Shown here in pieces: positions 1 to 10,508 of a DNA stretch of 64,000 bases. Below the pieces are notes generated by a model, which did not search any database, was not told the DNA's origin, and saw only the letters and a program-made list of their open reading frames with translations. This DNA comes from Ignavibacteriota bacterium (GTDB taxonomy: Bacteria > Bacteroidota > Ignavibacteria > UBA10030). The position numbers were made by a program, and so were the translations under genes. The stretch lies in NCBI GenBank assembly GCA_963701295.1, contig OY969585.1:2368001-2432000 (forward strand), given 5' to 3'. The stretch's first letter is position 1. Every line of letters begins with the position of its first letter.

Positions 1-75
1 CAAAGTCGGATTTATCAGTCCTCGAAATAATTATTAAAAATATTGCTGATTCATTAAATTAGAAGGAATCCCACT

Positions 76-1218
76 ATGTTTCAATTTGAATTCACCGAAG
101 AACAACGTATGCTGCGCGATATGGCGCGAGATTTTGTAAACACAGAGGTCAAGCCTCTTGCTCAGAAGATGGATGAAGAAGAAAAACTATCTCCTGAATT
201 AATTTGTAAAATTGCAAATATAGGTTTCCTTGGTGCATCATTCCCTCAAGAGTATGGCGGCGGGGGATTCGGTGAAGTTGGTTATTGCGTCATTCAAGAG
301 GAAATGGGAAGAGGTGATCTTGCAACCTCCACATTTATTGGAGCACATCAATCCATTGGAGCAAATGCAATCTTTATTGGCGGTTCCGAAGAATTAAAGA
401 AGAAGTATCTTGTTCCGCTTGCTGAAGGGAAATATATTGGAGGATTTGCATTAACAGAAGCTTCTGCCGGTTCCGATTCATTTAATTTACGAACGAAAGC
501 ACGCCTTGATGGAAACGAATGGGTCATTAATGGTGAAAAACTGTGGATCACGAATGGCGGTTTTGCGGATATCCTTTCGGTTTTTGCTCGGACAGAACGA
601 GGTATTAGCGCTTTCGTAGTTGAAACAAAAACTCCGGGATTCACTGCAGGTCCTAAAGAAAAGAAAATGGGTATTCGCGCCAGCATGACAAATGCGTTGA
701 CGTTTGAGAATGTTCGAATCCCAAAAGATAACATCATTGGTGATGACGGTCGTGGATTTCTCATTGCAATGAAAACATTAGATGCCGGTCGTCTTGGTTT
801 AGGGGCTGCCTGTCTCGGTGCTATGAAAGAACTCTTAGAACTCAGTACAAAATATGCAAAAGAACGGAGGCAATTCGATGCACCGCTGTCACAATTCCAG
901 GCGATTCAATTTATGCTTGCAGATATGGCAATGGCAATCTATACTTTGGAATCAATCGTCTACCGTACGGCTCAAGATTATGATGAAAAGAAATCGGTCT
1001 CTCGGCAGGCAGCGTATGTAAAATTGTACGCTTCAGAACAACTCTGCAAAGTAGTTGATAAAGCAGTTCAGATCCATGGAGGCATGGGGTATTCTAGGGA
1101 GCTGCCCATCGAGCGTTACTATCGAGACGCTCGCATCAATCCTATATTTGAAGGGACAAGTGAGGTACAAAGACTTGTGATAGCGCGCGATGTTCTCAAA
1201 AAGAATGGGAAAGTATAA
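76..1218 (+). CDS. Acyl-CoA dehydrogenase family protein
   Basis: FALTEASAGSD, NGEKLWITNG, QIHGGMGY and IFEGTSEVQR motifs. Confidence 0.95.
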   Translation: MFQFEFTEEQRMLRDMARDFVNTEVKPLAQKMDEEEKLSPELICKIANIGFLGASFPQEYGGGGFGEVGYCVIQEEMGRGDLATSTFIGAHQSIGANAIFIGGSEELKKKYLVPLAEGKYIGGFALTEASAGSDSFNLRTKARLDGNEWVINGEKLWITNGGFADILSVFARTERGISAFVVETKTPGFTAGPKEKKMGIRASMTNALTFENVRIPKDNIIGDDGRGFLIAMKTLDAGRLGLGAACLGAMKELLELSTKYAKERRQFDAPLSQFQAIQFMLADMAMAIYTLESIVYRTAQDYDEKKSVSRQAAYVKLYASEQLCKVVDKAVQIHGGMGYSRELPIERYYRDARINPIFEGTSEVQRLVIARDVLKKNGKV

Positions 1219-1228
1219 GAATCAAATA

Positions 1229-1257
1229 TTGACTTTCAACGAAAAGTCTGGTAGTTT
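1229..1257 (+). promoter_or_regulatory. Sigma70-like promoter for tRNA-Phe
   Basis: TTGACT-N17-TAGTTT. Confidence 0.6.
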
Positions 1258-1303
1258 TAAACAATCTTTTTTGGTCCCGCTGAGGTCCAGCGGGATTTTT
1301 ATT

Positions 1304-1376
1304 GGACAGGTAGCTCAGTTGGTAGAGCAATGGACTGAAAATCCATGTGTCGGGGGTTCAATTCCCTCCCTGTCCA
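1304..1376 (+). tRNA. tRNA-Phe(GAA); island integration site (attL)
   Basis: GGACAGG/CCTGTCC acceptor stem, ATGGA-CTGAAAA-TCCAT anticodon arm, GGTTCAATTCC T-arm. Confidence 0.97.
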
Positions 1377-1412
1377 CTCAAAATCGCCATTTCTGACGCT
1401 AAGTGTTACGCA

Positions 1413-1436
1413 CTGCTAACAGTGTGCTAACACTTT
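1413..1436 (+). repeat. Arm-type repeat (2x TGCTAACA), identical to 52092-52115
   Basis: CTGCTAACAGTGTGCTAACACTTT at both island ends. Confidence 0.8.
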
Positions 1437-1456
1437 TTTGCGTACTGGAGGTAAGT

Positions 1457-2019
1457 ATGGCGTCCCTCATTCAACGTTCCAACGGCTTCTATTATCTTGT
1501 TACCTATCTCAATGGTAAACGTATCTGGCAATCGACTGGATCAAAAACAAAGCCGGGAGCAATTCGATTTATAAAAAGTAAAAAACGAAAATCCAGAAAA
1601 ACGAATAATCTTACTCTAAGTCAATTTAAAACACAATATGTCACCTTTGCTACTGCGAATCTCGCTCCTTCTACCGTCACTCTGTATTCAGGAGCTATCT
1701 CTTCATTCTTAAAATACAGCGGGGATCGTAATCTCTCAGATTATTCTCCTCAAGTGATCGAACAATTTAAAGTCTCTCATTTAAAAAGAGTCTCTTCGAC
1801 AAAAGTTAATATTGATTTTCGATCTCTGAAATCTGTATTTGGAACAGCGGTAAATTGGGGATTGCTACCAGAAAAACCCATTTAAAAGATGTAAGCAACT
1901 GCGACTTCCTCAAATGAGCCCTATTTATCTTACTCCAGAAGATTTCCAGAAATTACTTGCTGTGATTCAATACGATTGGTTCCGAGATATAGTTCGATTT
2001 GCTGTTTCTACGATGATGC
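1457..2019 (+). pseudogene. Phage-type tyrosine integrase, frameshifted (~1880) and truncated by IS3
   Basis: N-terminal arm/SAM-like region; alternate frame continues NPFKRCKQLRLPQMSPIYLTPEDFQKLL...FAVSTMM and stops just before the box I Arg. Confidence 0.85.
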
Positions 2020-2129
2020 TGACCTGACCCCGTTGAGTGTGCCAATGATAAGTTAGATTTTTTTCAATATCAAGCATTGGTACTTGCCCCCATCGCAGGT
2101 CCAAGTTCAATGTAAGTTTTTTTGTGATT

Positions 2130-2948
2130 TTATGCTGCAAAGGCTTCAGCATTGCTTGTTTTCATCCTACCTTCCAACGGTGTTCTATAACCTAAAGAGC
2201 TGTGCGGCCTCTGGGTATTGTATTCGTTTCGCCAGGCAGAAAGTTTCTCTTTTGCATCTTCCAGCGACAGGAACCAATGCTGATTTAAACACTCTTGTCT
2301 AAAACGAGAGTTGAACGCTTCCACCAGTGCATTGTCCGATGGTCTGCCCGGACGACTAAAATCCAATTCAACATGATTCCAGTACGCCCATCGATCTAAA
2401 TCCTTCGAGATAAATTCCGGTCCATTGTCCACCTTGATCTGTTTCGGAAATCCATGTTCACGTGTGATTTGTTCTAACGTCGTTGCCACATCGATACCTC
2501 GTATCTTTGCATTTACTTCAAGTGCTAAACATTGCCTGGTGTAATTCTCTAAGATCACCAGCACTCTTAGACGTCTATTGTCAAATAGTTGATCAGAGAC
2601 AAAGTCCATACTCCAACACTCATTCCTCGTCAATGCCGCCGGGCGTATCTCCCGCTTTACACAAGCCACTCTTCGTCGAGGTATTTTCTTACGTATTGAC
2701 AGGCCTTCCATACGATATAGCCTATACACTCTTTTGTGGTTGATCTGCCAACCTTCACGTCTTAAAAGCACATGAAGCCGACGATATCCGTATGCTATGC
2801 GTGTTGCTGCTAACTCCCGCAAGCGCAACCGTAATGGCAGTTGCGGATCTCGAGCGCTTTTTTGGCGATGTGTTGACCGTGGCCATTTCATTACTCTCAA
2901 AGCCCGCCGTTCACTTGCTCCATAGATTGCCTGCACCTCCTGGATCAA
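2130..2948 (-). CDS. IS3 transposase OrfB (DDE)
   Basis: WSMDF, VDNGPEF, DNALVEAFN, RPHSSLGY. Confidence 0.95.
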   Translation of the reverse strand: MIQEVQAIYGASERRALRVMKWPRSTHRQKSARDPQLPLRLRLRELAATRIAYGYRRLHVLLRREGWQINHKRVYRLYRMEGLSIRKKIPRRRVACVKREIRPAALTRNECWSMDFVSDQLFDNRRLRVLVILENYTRQCLALEVNAKIRGIDVATTLEQITREHGFPKQIKVDNGPEFISKDLDRWAYWNHVELDFSRPGRPSDNALVEAFNSRFRQECLNQHWFLSLEDAKEKLSAWRNEYNTQRPHSSLGYRTPLEGRMKTSNAEAFAA

Positions 2949-2968
2949 CTCCCGGCGAAGGGCAGGCT

Positions 2969-3232
2969 TTAGAGCTTTTTTGATAATACTTCCTGCAGCA
3001 TTTGCTTATCGAGTGTCAAATCTGCCACAAGTTGTTTCAATCGGCGATTATCTTCCTCCAGCTGCTTCAGGCGCCGTATCTCCGATACTTCTAAATTTGC
3101 ATAGAGCTTTTTCCATCGATAGAATGTCACATCCGAGACTCCCATCTTTCGGGTGATCTCTCCAATGGGTATCCCTGATGACGCCTGTCTCAAGGCAAAT
3201 GCTATCTGTGCTTCCGTGAATCGTTTCTTCAT
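2969..3232 (-). CDS. IS3 transposase OrfA (HTH) with A6G frameshift site
   Basis: MKKRFTEAQI...LSKKL; AAAAAAG slippery site. Confidence 0.95.
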   Translation of the reverse strand: MKKRFTEAQIAFALRQASSGIPIGEITRKMGVSDVTFYRWKKLYANLEVSEIRRLKQLEEDNRRLKQLVADLTLDKQMLQEVLSKKL

Positions 3233-3314
3233 GGTCTGTTCCTCCTAGCTCCAATAATGTGAATGTAACAAAAAACTAACATTCAAATTGGACCATGATT
3301 CGGGGGGCAGTACC

Positions 3315-4126
3315 CATTGGCCACCTGATAGGGAATAAATATTTCTGGTGCTGGTGGACGATAACCCAAAGCGCTATGCGGCCTGATCCTGTTGTAATGG
3401 TTCCTCCACTGTTCTATGATTACCCGTGCCTCGATAACTGTATCAAATATTTCTCCGTTTAATAATTCATCTCTGAACTTTCCGTTAAATGATTCGATGT
3501 ATCCGTTTTCCCAGGGACTGCCAGGTTCGATGAAAGCAGTATGAATATTTAAATCTTTCAGCCATTGCCGTATGAGCTGTGCAACAAACTCAGGTCCATT
3601 ATCAGATCGAATGAACTGCGGCGTTCCACGCTGAATAAATACATCAGCTAAGGTGTCAAACATCATTGGCTGTAATCTTTCTGTCTACACGGATAGCCAA
3701 ACATTCCATGGTATATTCATCGATGATGTTCAGCATACGTAAAACTCTTCCATCACTTGTTCGTTCAACGACAAAATCATAACTCCATACGTGATCTTTG
3801 TGTGTCGGACGAAGCCTCACACAAGAACCATCATTGAACCACAGCCGTCTGCGCTTGGGCTGCTTTTGTGGCACTTTTAAGCCCTCTTGTCGCCATATTC
3901 GTGCTACACGTTTATGATTCACTCGCCATCCTTCTGTTCTTAACAGTATTGTTATACGTCTGTATCCATATCGACCGTATTGACATGCAAGTTCTGTAAT
4001 ACGCTTCCTAAGGCGTTCTGTAACCTCGTTCACTTTTGGTTCCTGCCTCTGTGTCGATCTGGGTTGTTCTAATACCCGACAAACTCGTCGTTCTGATACC
4101 ACTATCTGTTCCAGGACTTCTTCCAC
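3315..4126 (-). pseudogene. IS3 OrfB (outer element), split by a frameshift near 3660
   Basis: Two ORFs carry WSYDF and RSDNGPEF/WENGYIESFN. Confidence 0.9.
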
Positions 4127-4149
4127 TGCCCGGCGCTTTTTATCCGGGC

Positions 4150-4427
4150 TCAGTAGTTTCCCCGGGCTGCCTCCTTGAGAATCGAATTATCGATCGTCAG
4201 ATCAGCTATCACCTTGCGTAAGCGTTGATTCTCTTGCTCCAACTCCTTATACCGTTTGGCTTGATTTACTTGAAGTCCACCGTATTCTTTCCGCCATTTA
4301 TAATAGGTCGCATCGCTGATGCCCAATTGGCGCATTACTTCTTCGATAGTCTGACCTTTTGCAATCATAACATCTGCTTCTCGAAGCTTTGATACAATTG
4401 TTTCCACTGTGTGTCTTTTTTGCCCAT
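4150..4427 (-). pseudogene. IS3 OrfA (outer element); likely ATG at 4427 is out of frame
   Basis: LGISDATYYKWRKEYGG HTH; 1-nt slip in an A-run. Confidence 0.8.
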
Positions 4428-4502
4428 TTTGTATATCTCCTTTGACCCATAATACACTTTTTTCTAACTTGTTATGGATCGTTTTATTGGGGCAAGGTCA
4501 TT

Positions 4503-5366
4503 ATGAAATATCTTCTATTGATGATTATAACGATAGCATTGTATGGTTGTGCAAATGTTCCAGGAGTGAGAAATGAAGCCCCGACGATTTCTGATCAACC
4601 ACAATGTAGATCGGTAGTTGAAGCTTTTCTGCGAACTGATACTGTATATCATCCTAAACCACCATACATCGTTCTTAAGAAAAGTCAAGATTTCAATGGG
4701 ACTCGAACCTATCGTGGTGGTATAATCGAGTTGAATGATTCAGGGGTTGTATTTCTTCGTTCAAAAGATGGACAATACTCTGTAGAAACCAAATTCTATC
4801 CTTTCTCAGATATTGAATGCCTAATTGATTCTAATAATCAGATTGTCATTGGTGAATGGAAAAAGAAAATTGGTTTTTGGAATATCGAACTTATGTGTCA
4901 AAAGGAGGGTAATCCAGATGCAGAACTGTTTTCAATAGTTCTTCAACCAAACCAGAAGGTTTCCTATTGTATAGAGCCAGGCGAATACAGAATAGTCTAT
5001 CTACGATTCAGAAGTACTGATAATTACCTGGACTGCAGCGACTCACTATGCTGTAGTCGTTTTACAGTTGCGCGGAATGCAATTACATATATTGGCACTT
5101 TCGAATTAGAATATCGATGGAAACCGTCTTCGGGCATGACGATGATTCCATTTAAAGTTCTTCATCACCAAGGAATGAATTCTACGTATCCACCAATGGG
5201 TTTGGTGGGCGGAGCTTTACAATATTATGCAGATAAAGAGAAGGCTGAAAAGGAGGCGAAAGAAACTCCATTTCATGCTCTTAAAATAATCAACGATTCT
5301 TCTTACGTTCCTTTATTCAAAGAACATTTGCCATTGAATTTTTGTCCTGTCGGAATTCAGAAATAA
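4503..5366 (+). CDS. Hypothetical lipoprotein (cassette)
   Basis: Lipobox LYGC; followed by attC. Confidence 0.75.
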   Translation: MKYLLLMIITIALYGCANVPGVRNEAPTISDQPQCRSVVEAFLRTDTVYHPKPPYIVLKKSQDFNGTRTYRGGIIELNDSGVVFLRSKDGQYSVETKFYPFSDIECLIDSNNQIVIGEWKKKIGFWNIELMCQKEGNPDAELFSIVLQPNQKVSYCIEPGEYRIVYLRFRSTDNYLDCSDSLCCSRFTVARNAITYIGTFELEYRWKPSSGMTMIPFKVLHHQGMNSTYPPMGLVGGALQYYADKEKAEKEAKETPFHALKIINDSSYVPLFKEHLPLNFCPVGIQK

Positions 5367-5372
5367 TAAGCG

Positions 5373-5530
5373 GCCTAACCAGAAACTCAAACTGACGGTT
5401 GCCAGCTGGGTACGTTAAACATGGCGAACATAGGTTTCAGTTTTAATAATAACTTTTTCAGCATGAACTCATTTCGTTGGGTGCATGTTGCAAATTTGCA
5501 ATGCCGCAGCTTAGCGCCAATCCGTTAGCC
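5373..5530 (+). repeat. attC site
   Basis: GCCTAAC..CTCAAACTGACG...CGCAGCTTAG..GTTAGCC. Confidence 0.9.
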
Positions 5531-5552
5531 CGCAGGCATAAATTATAGTCAA

Positions 5553-6656
5553 ATGAAAATGAATCATCCTATAAAAATTCTACTTTTCCTCATCATTACC
5601 TTCCTAGAATTAGGATTTGGTACGACAAGTAAACAAAATATTTCAAAATCACTCGATAAAATAAATAAGCTTAGTCATATCCTTCATACAAATCTTGACA
5701 GTATATTTACAAAAGAATATGTAAAGGCTTTTGGACGAGCGGACGCATCCAATTTATTAAGTCGTGTCGTCGTTTCTTCAAAGAAAGCTCAATATCGGTC
5801 GAATACTAAGAAAGATTATTTTATCCAATTCGATGATATAGTAAATTCAAGAGTTATCTATTTTGGTTTTATTTATCGTTCAAATCAATATGTCTTTTAT
5901 TATCGGCTATGCCTTGAGGGGAAAAATATTACCATTAATTCAATCAACAGAACACTAAAACTGGACTTCGAACAAGAGATTGAAAAAGAAATTGACAAAT
6001 ATCAAACTAAATACGCCAATGATACTCTAGATGACCTTGCCAATGATGCTATATGTACGATAAGGCCGGTCAATTTCACACATAACTCTGGCAACCATTC
6101 TGATTTTCTTGTGTATGTAGAATTCTTTGGAAGCGACATTAGCATGTCTTTTGGATTTGTTTTAGAAAACGGTCAATATTATCCTCGATTCAAATACGTT
6201 GGCGCAGGGAAATCTGCAGTGACCCCTAAGCTTATCGATATTGACTCAGATGGCAAAATGGAGCTTCTTCTAATTGCAGACGAGGCAGGCAATCAAAGTG
6301 GTAAGGACTTTATTACGATCTGGCGATACCAGAGAAAAAGGTTTGAAGAAATATTCAGAGAAGGGCTTTCTGAAGGTTACATGTATTGTCCATATTTCTA
6401 TCATAATAGTTATTCATTTATAAAAAATCCTATCAATAATAAGATGCTCGATATATCATTTCACGTCAGCACAGATACAGAGTTTTTCGATGTGAAGGAG
6501 CCGATTTCCTTTTATAAGAGATATGGAAATTTTTTACCTAAAAAGGATTCTACGATCTTTGTTTTTAATGGCACGAAATATATTCCCAAGAAGAAGTTTT
6601 ATGATTATCGTGCTTTTTTCAGACGATGGTGTAAAGAAAATAATTTTAGAGAATAA
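5553..6656 (+). CDS. Hypothetical secreted protein (cassette)
   Basis: Signal-like N-terminus, DIDSDGKMEL loop; bounded by GTTAGCCCGC/GCGGGCTAAC. Confidence 0.75.
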   Translation: MKMNHPIKILLFLIITFLELGFGTTSKQNISKSLDKINKLSHILHTNLDSIFTKEYVKAFGRADASNLLSRVVVSSKKAQYRSNTKKDYFIQFDDIVNSRVIYFGFIYRSNQYVFYYRLCLEGKNITINSINRTLKLDFEQEIEKEIDKYQTKYANDTLDDLANDAICTIRPVNFTHNSGNHSDFLVYVEFFGSDISMSFGFVLENGQYYPRFKYVGAGKSAVTPKLIDIDSDGKMELLLIADEAGNQSGKDFITIWRYQRKRFEEIFREGLSEGYMYCPYFYHNSYSFIKNPINNKMLDISFHVSTDTEFFDVKEPISFYKRYGNFLPKKDSTIFVFNGTKYIPKKKFYDYRAFFRRWCKENNFRE

Positions 6657-6664
6657 TGCCAGCG

Positions 6665-6784
6665 GGCTAACCAGGCGCTCAAGCTCGACCTGACTGGTAT
6701 CGGGAGATAAATGAGCAGGCGAAGGAGAATTGAATTGTAATTAACCTATTTTAAGTGCTACAGCTTAGTTGCCAACCGTTAGGC
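6665..6784 (+). repeat. attC site
   Basis: GGCTAAC..CTCAAGCT...CAGCTTAG..GTTAGGC. Confidence 0.85.
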
Positions 6785-6833
6785 GCAATAACTGTATCAA
6801 AAAAAATACATATAGTTATTTATATTTTTATAA

Positions 6834-7247
6834 ATGAAGAAGGCAATTCTTATGGATATAATGGAGAATAAAGAAACGTTATATAAATGTATAGAAATAT
6901 ATAACAAATGTACCCTAGAATGGGTTGATACTTTTTACTCAAAAGATTTAATTTGGAAAGAGTTACCAACAACAACTTTTCCAAAAGGAAGATCAGGAGG
7001 GTTTAAAGAATTTCGTGAAGCAGCCGAACAACGATTAAGGCTATTCCCTAAAAATTCTTTAACTGTAGTAAAATGTGTTGCAGAAAACGATTATGTTGTA
7101 TCTGAACAAGACTTGAAAGGGACACTTGCTATTTCAGTAGGAAACTATAAAGCAGGTGATGAAAGCAGATTAAAGATTGTTACATTTTTTAAATTAAAAA
7201 ATAATCAAATTATTGAACACACTGACTTTGTTGTTTCAATTCAATAA
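6834..7247 (+). CDS. NTF2/SnoaL-like protein
   Basis: Size and pattern (FYSKDLIW...FFKLKNNQIIEHTDF). Confidence 0.7.
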   Translation: MKKAILMDIMENKETLYKCIEIYNKCTLEWVDTFYSKDLIWKELPTTTFPKGRSGGFKEFREAAEQRLRLFPKNSLTVVKCVAENDYVVSEQDLKGTLAISVGNYKAGDESRLKIVTFFKLKNNQIIEHTDFVVSIQ

Positions 7248-7281
7248 AACTAAAAATAATATCAATTATTAATACCATTAC

Positions 7282-7409
7282 TATGCCACACAGTGCGTTA
7301 GGATACCGTCCAACAGCACTAGAAACTTATTTCCCTTGTCAAGTGGCAAGTGCTTGATATTGAAAAAAATCCAACTTATCATTAGCTCATATTCTGAGGA
7401 GTAGGTCAG
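7282..7409 (+). mobile_element. IS3 3'-end remnant
   Basis: Encodes HSALGYRP...QVASA*; tail matches the outer IS3 end, finishing AGGTCA. Confidence 0.8.
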
Positions 7410-7521
7410 AGATTTCGTGTTCTTTGCGGTCAAGCCACAAAGGCCGCCAGAAAAAAAACATGTCTTCCGAAGTACACAAAAGGAAGGTTCAAGGGTCACT
7501 TTTTATGGGAATCTGCGAATC

Positions 7522-9951
7522 ATGAAAAAATATTTGATCATCCTGCTTTTTCTGATCGAACAGCTCGACGCACAAACGATTGATCAGATCGAAAAAAACC
7601 GGATCATTCTTCCCAACGGGTGGTCATTAACCCCGGTGGGGAAAAGTCTGCCTCTCGGTGATCTCCCGCTTAATCTTGCTGTCTCACCAGATAAAAAAAT
7701 GCTCGCAGTCACCAACAATGGACAAAGCACGCAGAGTATCCAGCTTATTAATATCTTCAAAGGCATGATCACCGACACGAAAGAGGTTCGAATTGCTTGG
7801 CTGGGACTTGCATGGAGTAACGATTCCAGAACACTTTACGCCTCGGGCGGCAACGGGAATTACATAATGCAGTTCGATGTTCGAAACGGCAAAATCATGC
7901 CCCGTGACAGCATCGTCGTTGGAAGACCGTGGCCCGAAGAAATCTCCGTCGCCGGAATCGCGCTTGATGATGACCGTCATCTACTGTATGCCGTGACAAA
8001 AGAAAACAATTCGCTCTACGTGATCAATGTGAAAGAGAAAAAGGTTGTGAAAACCATTCCCCTCGGTGGTGAAGGATATACATGCATTCTTTCGCCGGAT
8101 AAAAAGATGCTCTATGCTTCCTGCTGGGGTTGTGATAAAGTAGTGATATTCGATACACAAAAAATGGCGATTGCCGGATCGGTTGTTGTCGGCGATAATC
8201 CGAATGAGCTGCTTTTAAACTCTAACGGTTCACTGCTCTATGTGGCGAATGTAAACGACAATTCGGTCTCAGTCATCGATAGACGCCGGCGGAAAGTGAT
8301 TGAAACGTTAAACGCTGCCCTCTACCCTGATGCGCCGAGCGGATCGACCACAAACGGCATTGCTCTGAGTAAGGACGAAAAAACACTTTACGTCGCCAAC
8401 GCCGATAATAATTGTTTGGCGGTGTTTGATGTGGCACGACCCGGCCATAGCAAAAGCAGGGGGTTTATTCCGACCGGGTGGTATCCCACCTGTGTCCGTG
8501 TTGTGGACAATACAATTTTTGTCGCCAATGGAAAAGGATATTCCTCCCTGCCGAACCCGCACGGTCCGAATCCGATGAAGAAAGAAACAAAAGTGGAATA
8601 CCAGAAAGGAATCGAGTCTGCCGAAAAAGAGCAGTACATCGCAGGCTTGTTCATCGGCCGACTTGGCATTATTCAAGTTCCTAATGAAAAACAGCTTTCC
8701 AAGTATTCACAGGTCGTTTATCGAAACACACCCTATTCGAAAGAAAAAGAGACACAAAGCTCTGGGCGACCGGGTAATCCGATCCCCATGAAATCAGGCG
8801 ACACTTCACCAATCAAGCATGTCTTCTATATCATCAAGGAAAACCGGACATACGACCAGGTGTTGAGTGATATCCCCGGAGGAAATAGCGACACTTCTCT
8901 GCTCCTTTTTGGTGAAAAAGTGACGCCGAACCAGCATGCACTTGTAAAAGAATTTGTCCTCTTCGATAATTTCTATGTCGATGGAGAGGTCAGTGCCGAC
9001 GGCCATAACTGGAGCCTCGGCGCATATGCAACGGATTATCTCGAAAAGAACTGGCCCACGGTTTATGGAAATCGCGGCGGTTCGTTTGACGCAGCAGGAA
9101 CGCGCGATATTGCGAATAATAAAAATGGATTTATCTGGGATTTCTGCAAACGGTACGGGATCACGTATCGGACATACGGCGAATTCATGGACGACTATAA
9201 ACCGAATATCCCGGCGCTTGAAAATCACTTCTGCCCGTATTACACGAGCTGGGACCAGACGGTGATGGACACAACCAGGTTACGACAGTGGAAACGGGAA
9301 TTCGATTCGCTCCTCACAATCGGAGCAGTTCCGCAACTCAACACGCTCTGGTTCATCAACGACCATACCGAAGGACTTAAACTCGGGCGACCGACACCGA
9401 TAGCCGAAGTAGCAGATAACGATCTGGCAGTCGGTCTTTTTATCGACTATCTGAGTCACAGTAGCATCTGGGACAGTAGCGTCGTCTTCATCGTGGAAGA
9501 TGACGCTCAGGACGGACCCGACCATGTGGACGCACATCGAAGCACATTGTATCTTGCGGGCGGATTTGTAAAACGACACTACATCGATCATACGATGTAT
9601 TCCACGTCGAGTGTATTGCGAACGATCGAACTGATTCTGGGACTACCACCCATGAGTCAATATGATGCCGCCGCTGAACCACTCTGGAGAAGTTTTACAG
9701 ACACTATTAATGTATCCGCCTTCAATTCAATTTATGCAAAAGTGGATTTATTTGAAAAGAATACTGCGATGAATGAATGGCAACGGAAGAGTGACCAGTT
9801 CGATTTCGGTAAAGAAGATCGCGTCCCTAATGTCATGTTTAATGAAGTCCTTTGGGCTGCAATAAAAGGAGGCCGTATCCCGTGTCCATCTCCGCGGCAC
9901 GCTGCCTTTGTGAATTCTGTTGTTGGACAGGAAAACCAAGGTAACGAATAA
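7522..9951 (+). CDS. YVTN/YncE beta-propeller plus phosphoesterase/alkaline-phosphatase-family protein
   Basis: LYVAN repeats; KHVFYIIKENRTYDQ; EDDAQDGPDHVDAHRS. Confidence 0.88.
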   Translation: MKKYLIILLFLIEQLDAQTIDQIEKNRIILPNGWSLTPVGKSLPLGDLPLNLAVSPDKKMLAVTNNGQSTQSIQLINIFKGMITDTKEVRIAWLGLAWSNDSRTLYASGGNGNYIMQFDVRNGKIMPRDSIVVGRPWPEEISVAGIALDDDRHLLYAVTKENNSLYVINVKEKKVVKTIPLGGEGYTCILSPDKKMLYASCWGCDKVVIFDTQKMAIAGSVVVGDNPNELLLNSNGSLLYVANVNDNSVSVIDRRRRKVIETLNAALYPDAPSGSTTNGIALSKDEKTLYVANADNNCLAVFDVARPGHSKSRGFIPTGWYPTCVRVVDNTIFVANGKGYSSLPNPHGPNPMKKETKVEYQKGIESAEKEQYIAGLFIGRLGIIQVPNEKQLSKYSQVVYRNTPYSKEKETQSSGRPGNPIPMKSGDTSPIKHVFYIIKENRTYDQVLSDIPGGNSDTSLLLFGEKVTPNQHALVKEFVLFDNFYVDGEVSADGHNWSLGAYATDYLEKNWPTVYGNRGGSFDAAGTRDIANNKNGFIWDFCKRYGITYRTYGEFMDDYKPNIPALENHFCPYYTSWDQTVMDTTRLRQWKREFDSLLTIGAVPQLNTLWFINDHTEGLKLGRPTPIAEVADNDLAVGLFIDYLSHSSIWDSSVVFIVEDDAQDGPDHVDAHRSTLYLAGGFVKRHYIDHTMYSTSSVLRTIELILGLPPMSQYDAAAEPLWRSFTDTINVSAFNSIYAKVDLFEKNTAMNEWQRKSDQFDFGKEDRVPNVMFNEVLWAAIKGGRIPCPSPRHAAFVNSVVGQENQGNE

Positions 9952-10328
9952 TGCGAAGACAACGATTGTCATTTTCAGTGCATGGGGATACCTGGCATTA
10001 CGCAATTTGTAAGTGATACTGCAAAACTTATAATAACAGACATGAAAGCATCAACTCGAATGATCGCGGGAACATTTTCATTCCATATAGTGTCTGCCTG
10101 GTCTGACTCAGTTTTAGTTTTCTCCGATGCCGAGAAATCGTCAGCTTTTGCTATAGGAGCATATAAATTTCAGCCATTGCAATAGTTTACAACAAAAGAG
10201 GGATCGCAGGTCTAATGCTTAATCAAAAGAATAAAGCGCTGATGGATTTTAAAAGAGCGATAGAATTGGGATATCAGATCTCTTCATGAGACTCTGGATT
10301 TGTGTGGGCAAAAGTGAGTATATGGTCA

Positions 10329-10508
10329 TTTTGCCATCTCGCCAGATGCCTTAGGGGTTGTGACAGTATGGCGAAATGTCGAATATGGGACCCGCTTTTA
10401 AGCCTTACAGGAGTTTCAGGAGTATCTTCTGCTTCGATATACCAGAGGAATCAATGTCGAGGGGATGGCGAAAGTGGTTTTGCTATAATTTTTTTGGAAA
10501 TTATTTTC
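10329..10508. repeat. Unclassified ~180-bp repeat, copy 1
   Basis: ~64-bp near-identical core plus GAAAGTGGTTTTGCTATAATTTT shared with 19569-19756. Confidence 0.8.

Larger units (their letters stand above)
2079..3314 (-). mobile_element. IS3-family element nested in the outer IS3, 4-bp TSD CATT
   Basis: IRs GGTACTTGCCCCC / GGGGGGCAGTACC; CATT at 2075-2078 and 3315-3318. Confidence 0.9.
2020..4500 (-). mobile_element. IS3-family element (outer, degenerate)
   Basis: Ends TGACCTGACCCC / GGGGCAAGGTCA; OrfA and frameshifted DDE OrfB; no flanking TSD, suggesting an adjacent deletion. Confidence 0.85.

Noticed and set aside
1190-1396. 68-aa ORF
   Set aside because: It overlaps tRNA-Phe and is spurious.
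1403-2019. Integrase as the integron integrase IntI
   Set aside because: It is tRNA-adjacent with an arm-binding-type N-terminus and matching attL/attR; the C-terminal region that would show the IntI insertion is missing.
7417-7521. N-terminal extensions in the ORF track (also 24079, 31498, 37108, 46299, 49038, 60996)
   Set aside because: Downstream ATGs give proper signal peptides or RBS; some extensions run through attC or IS sequence.
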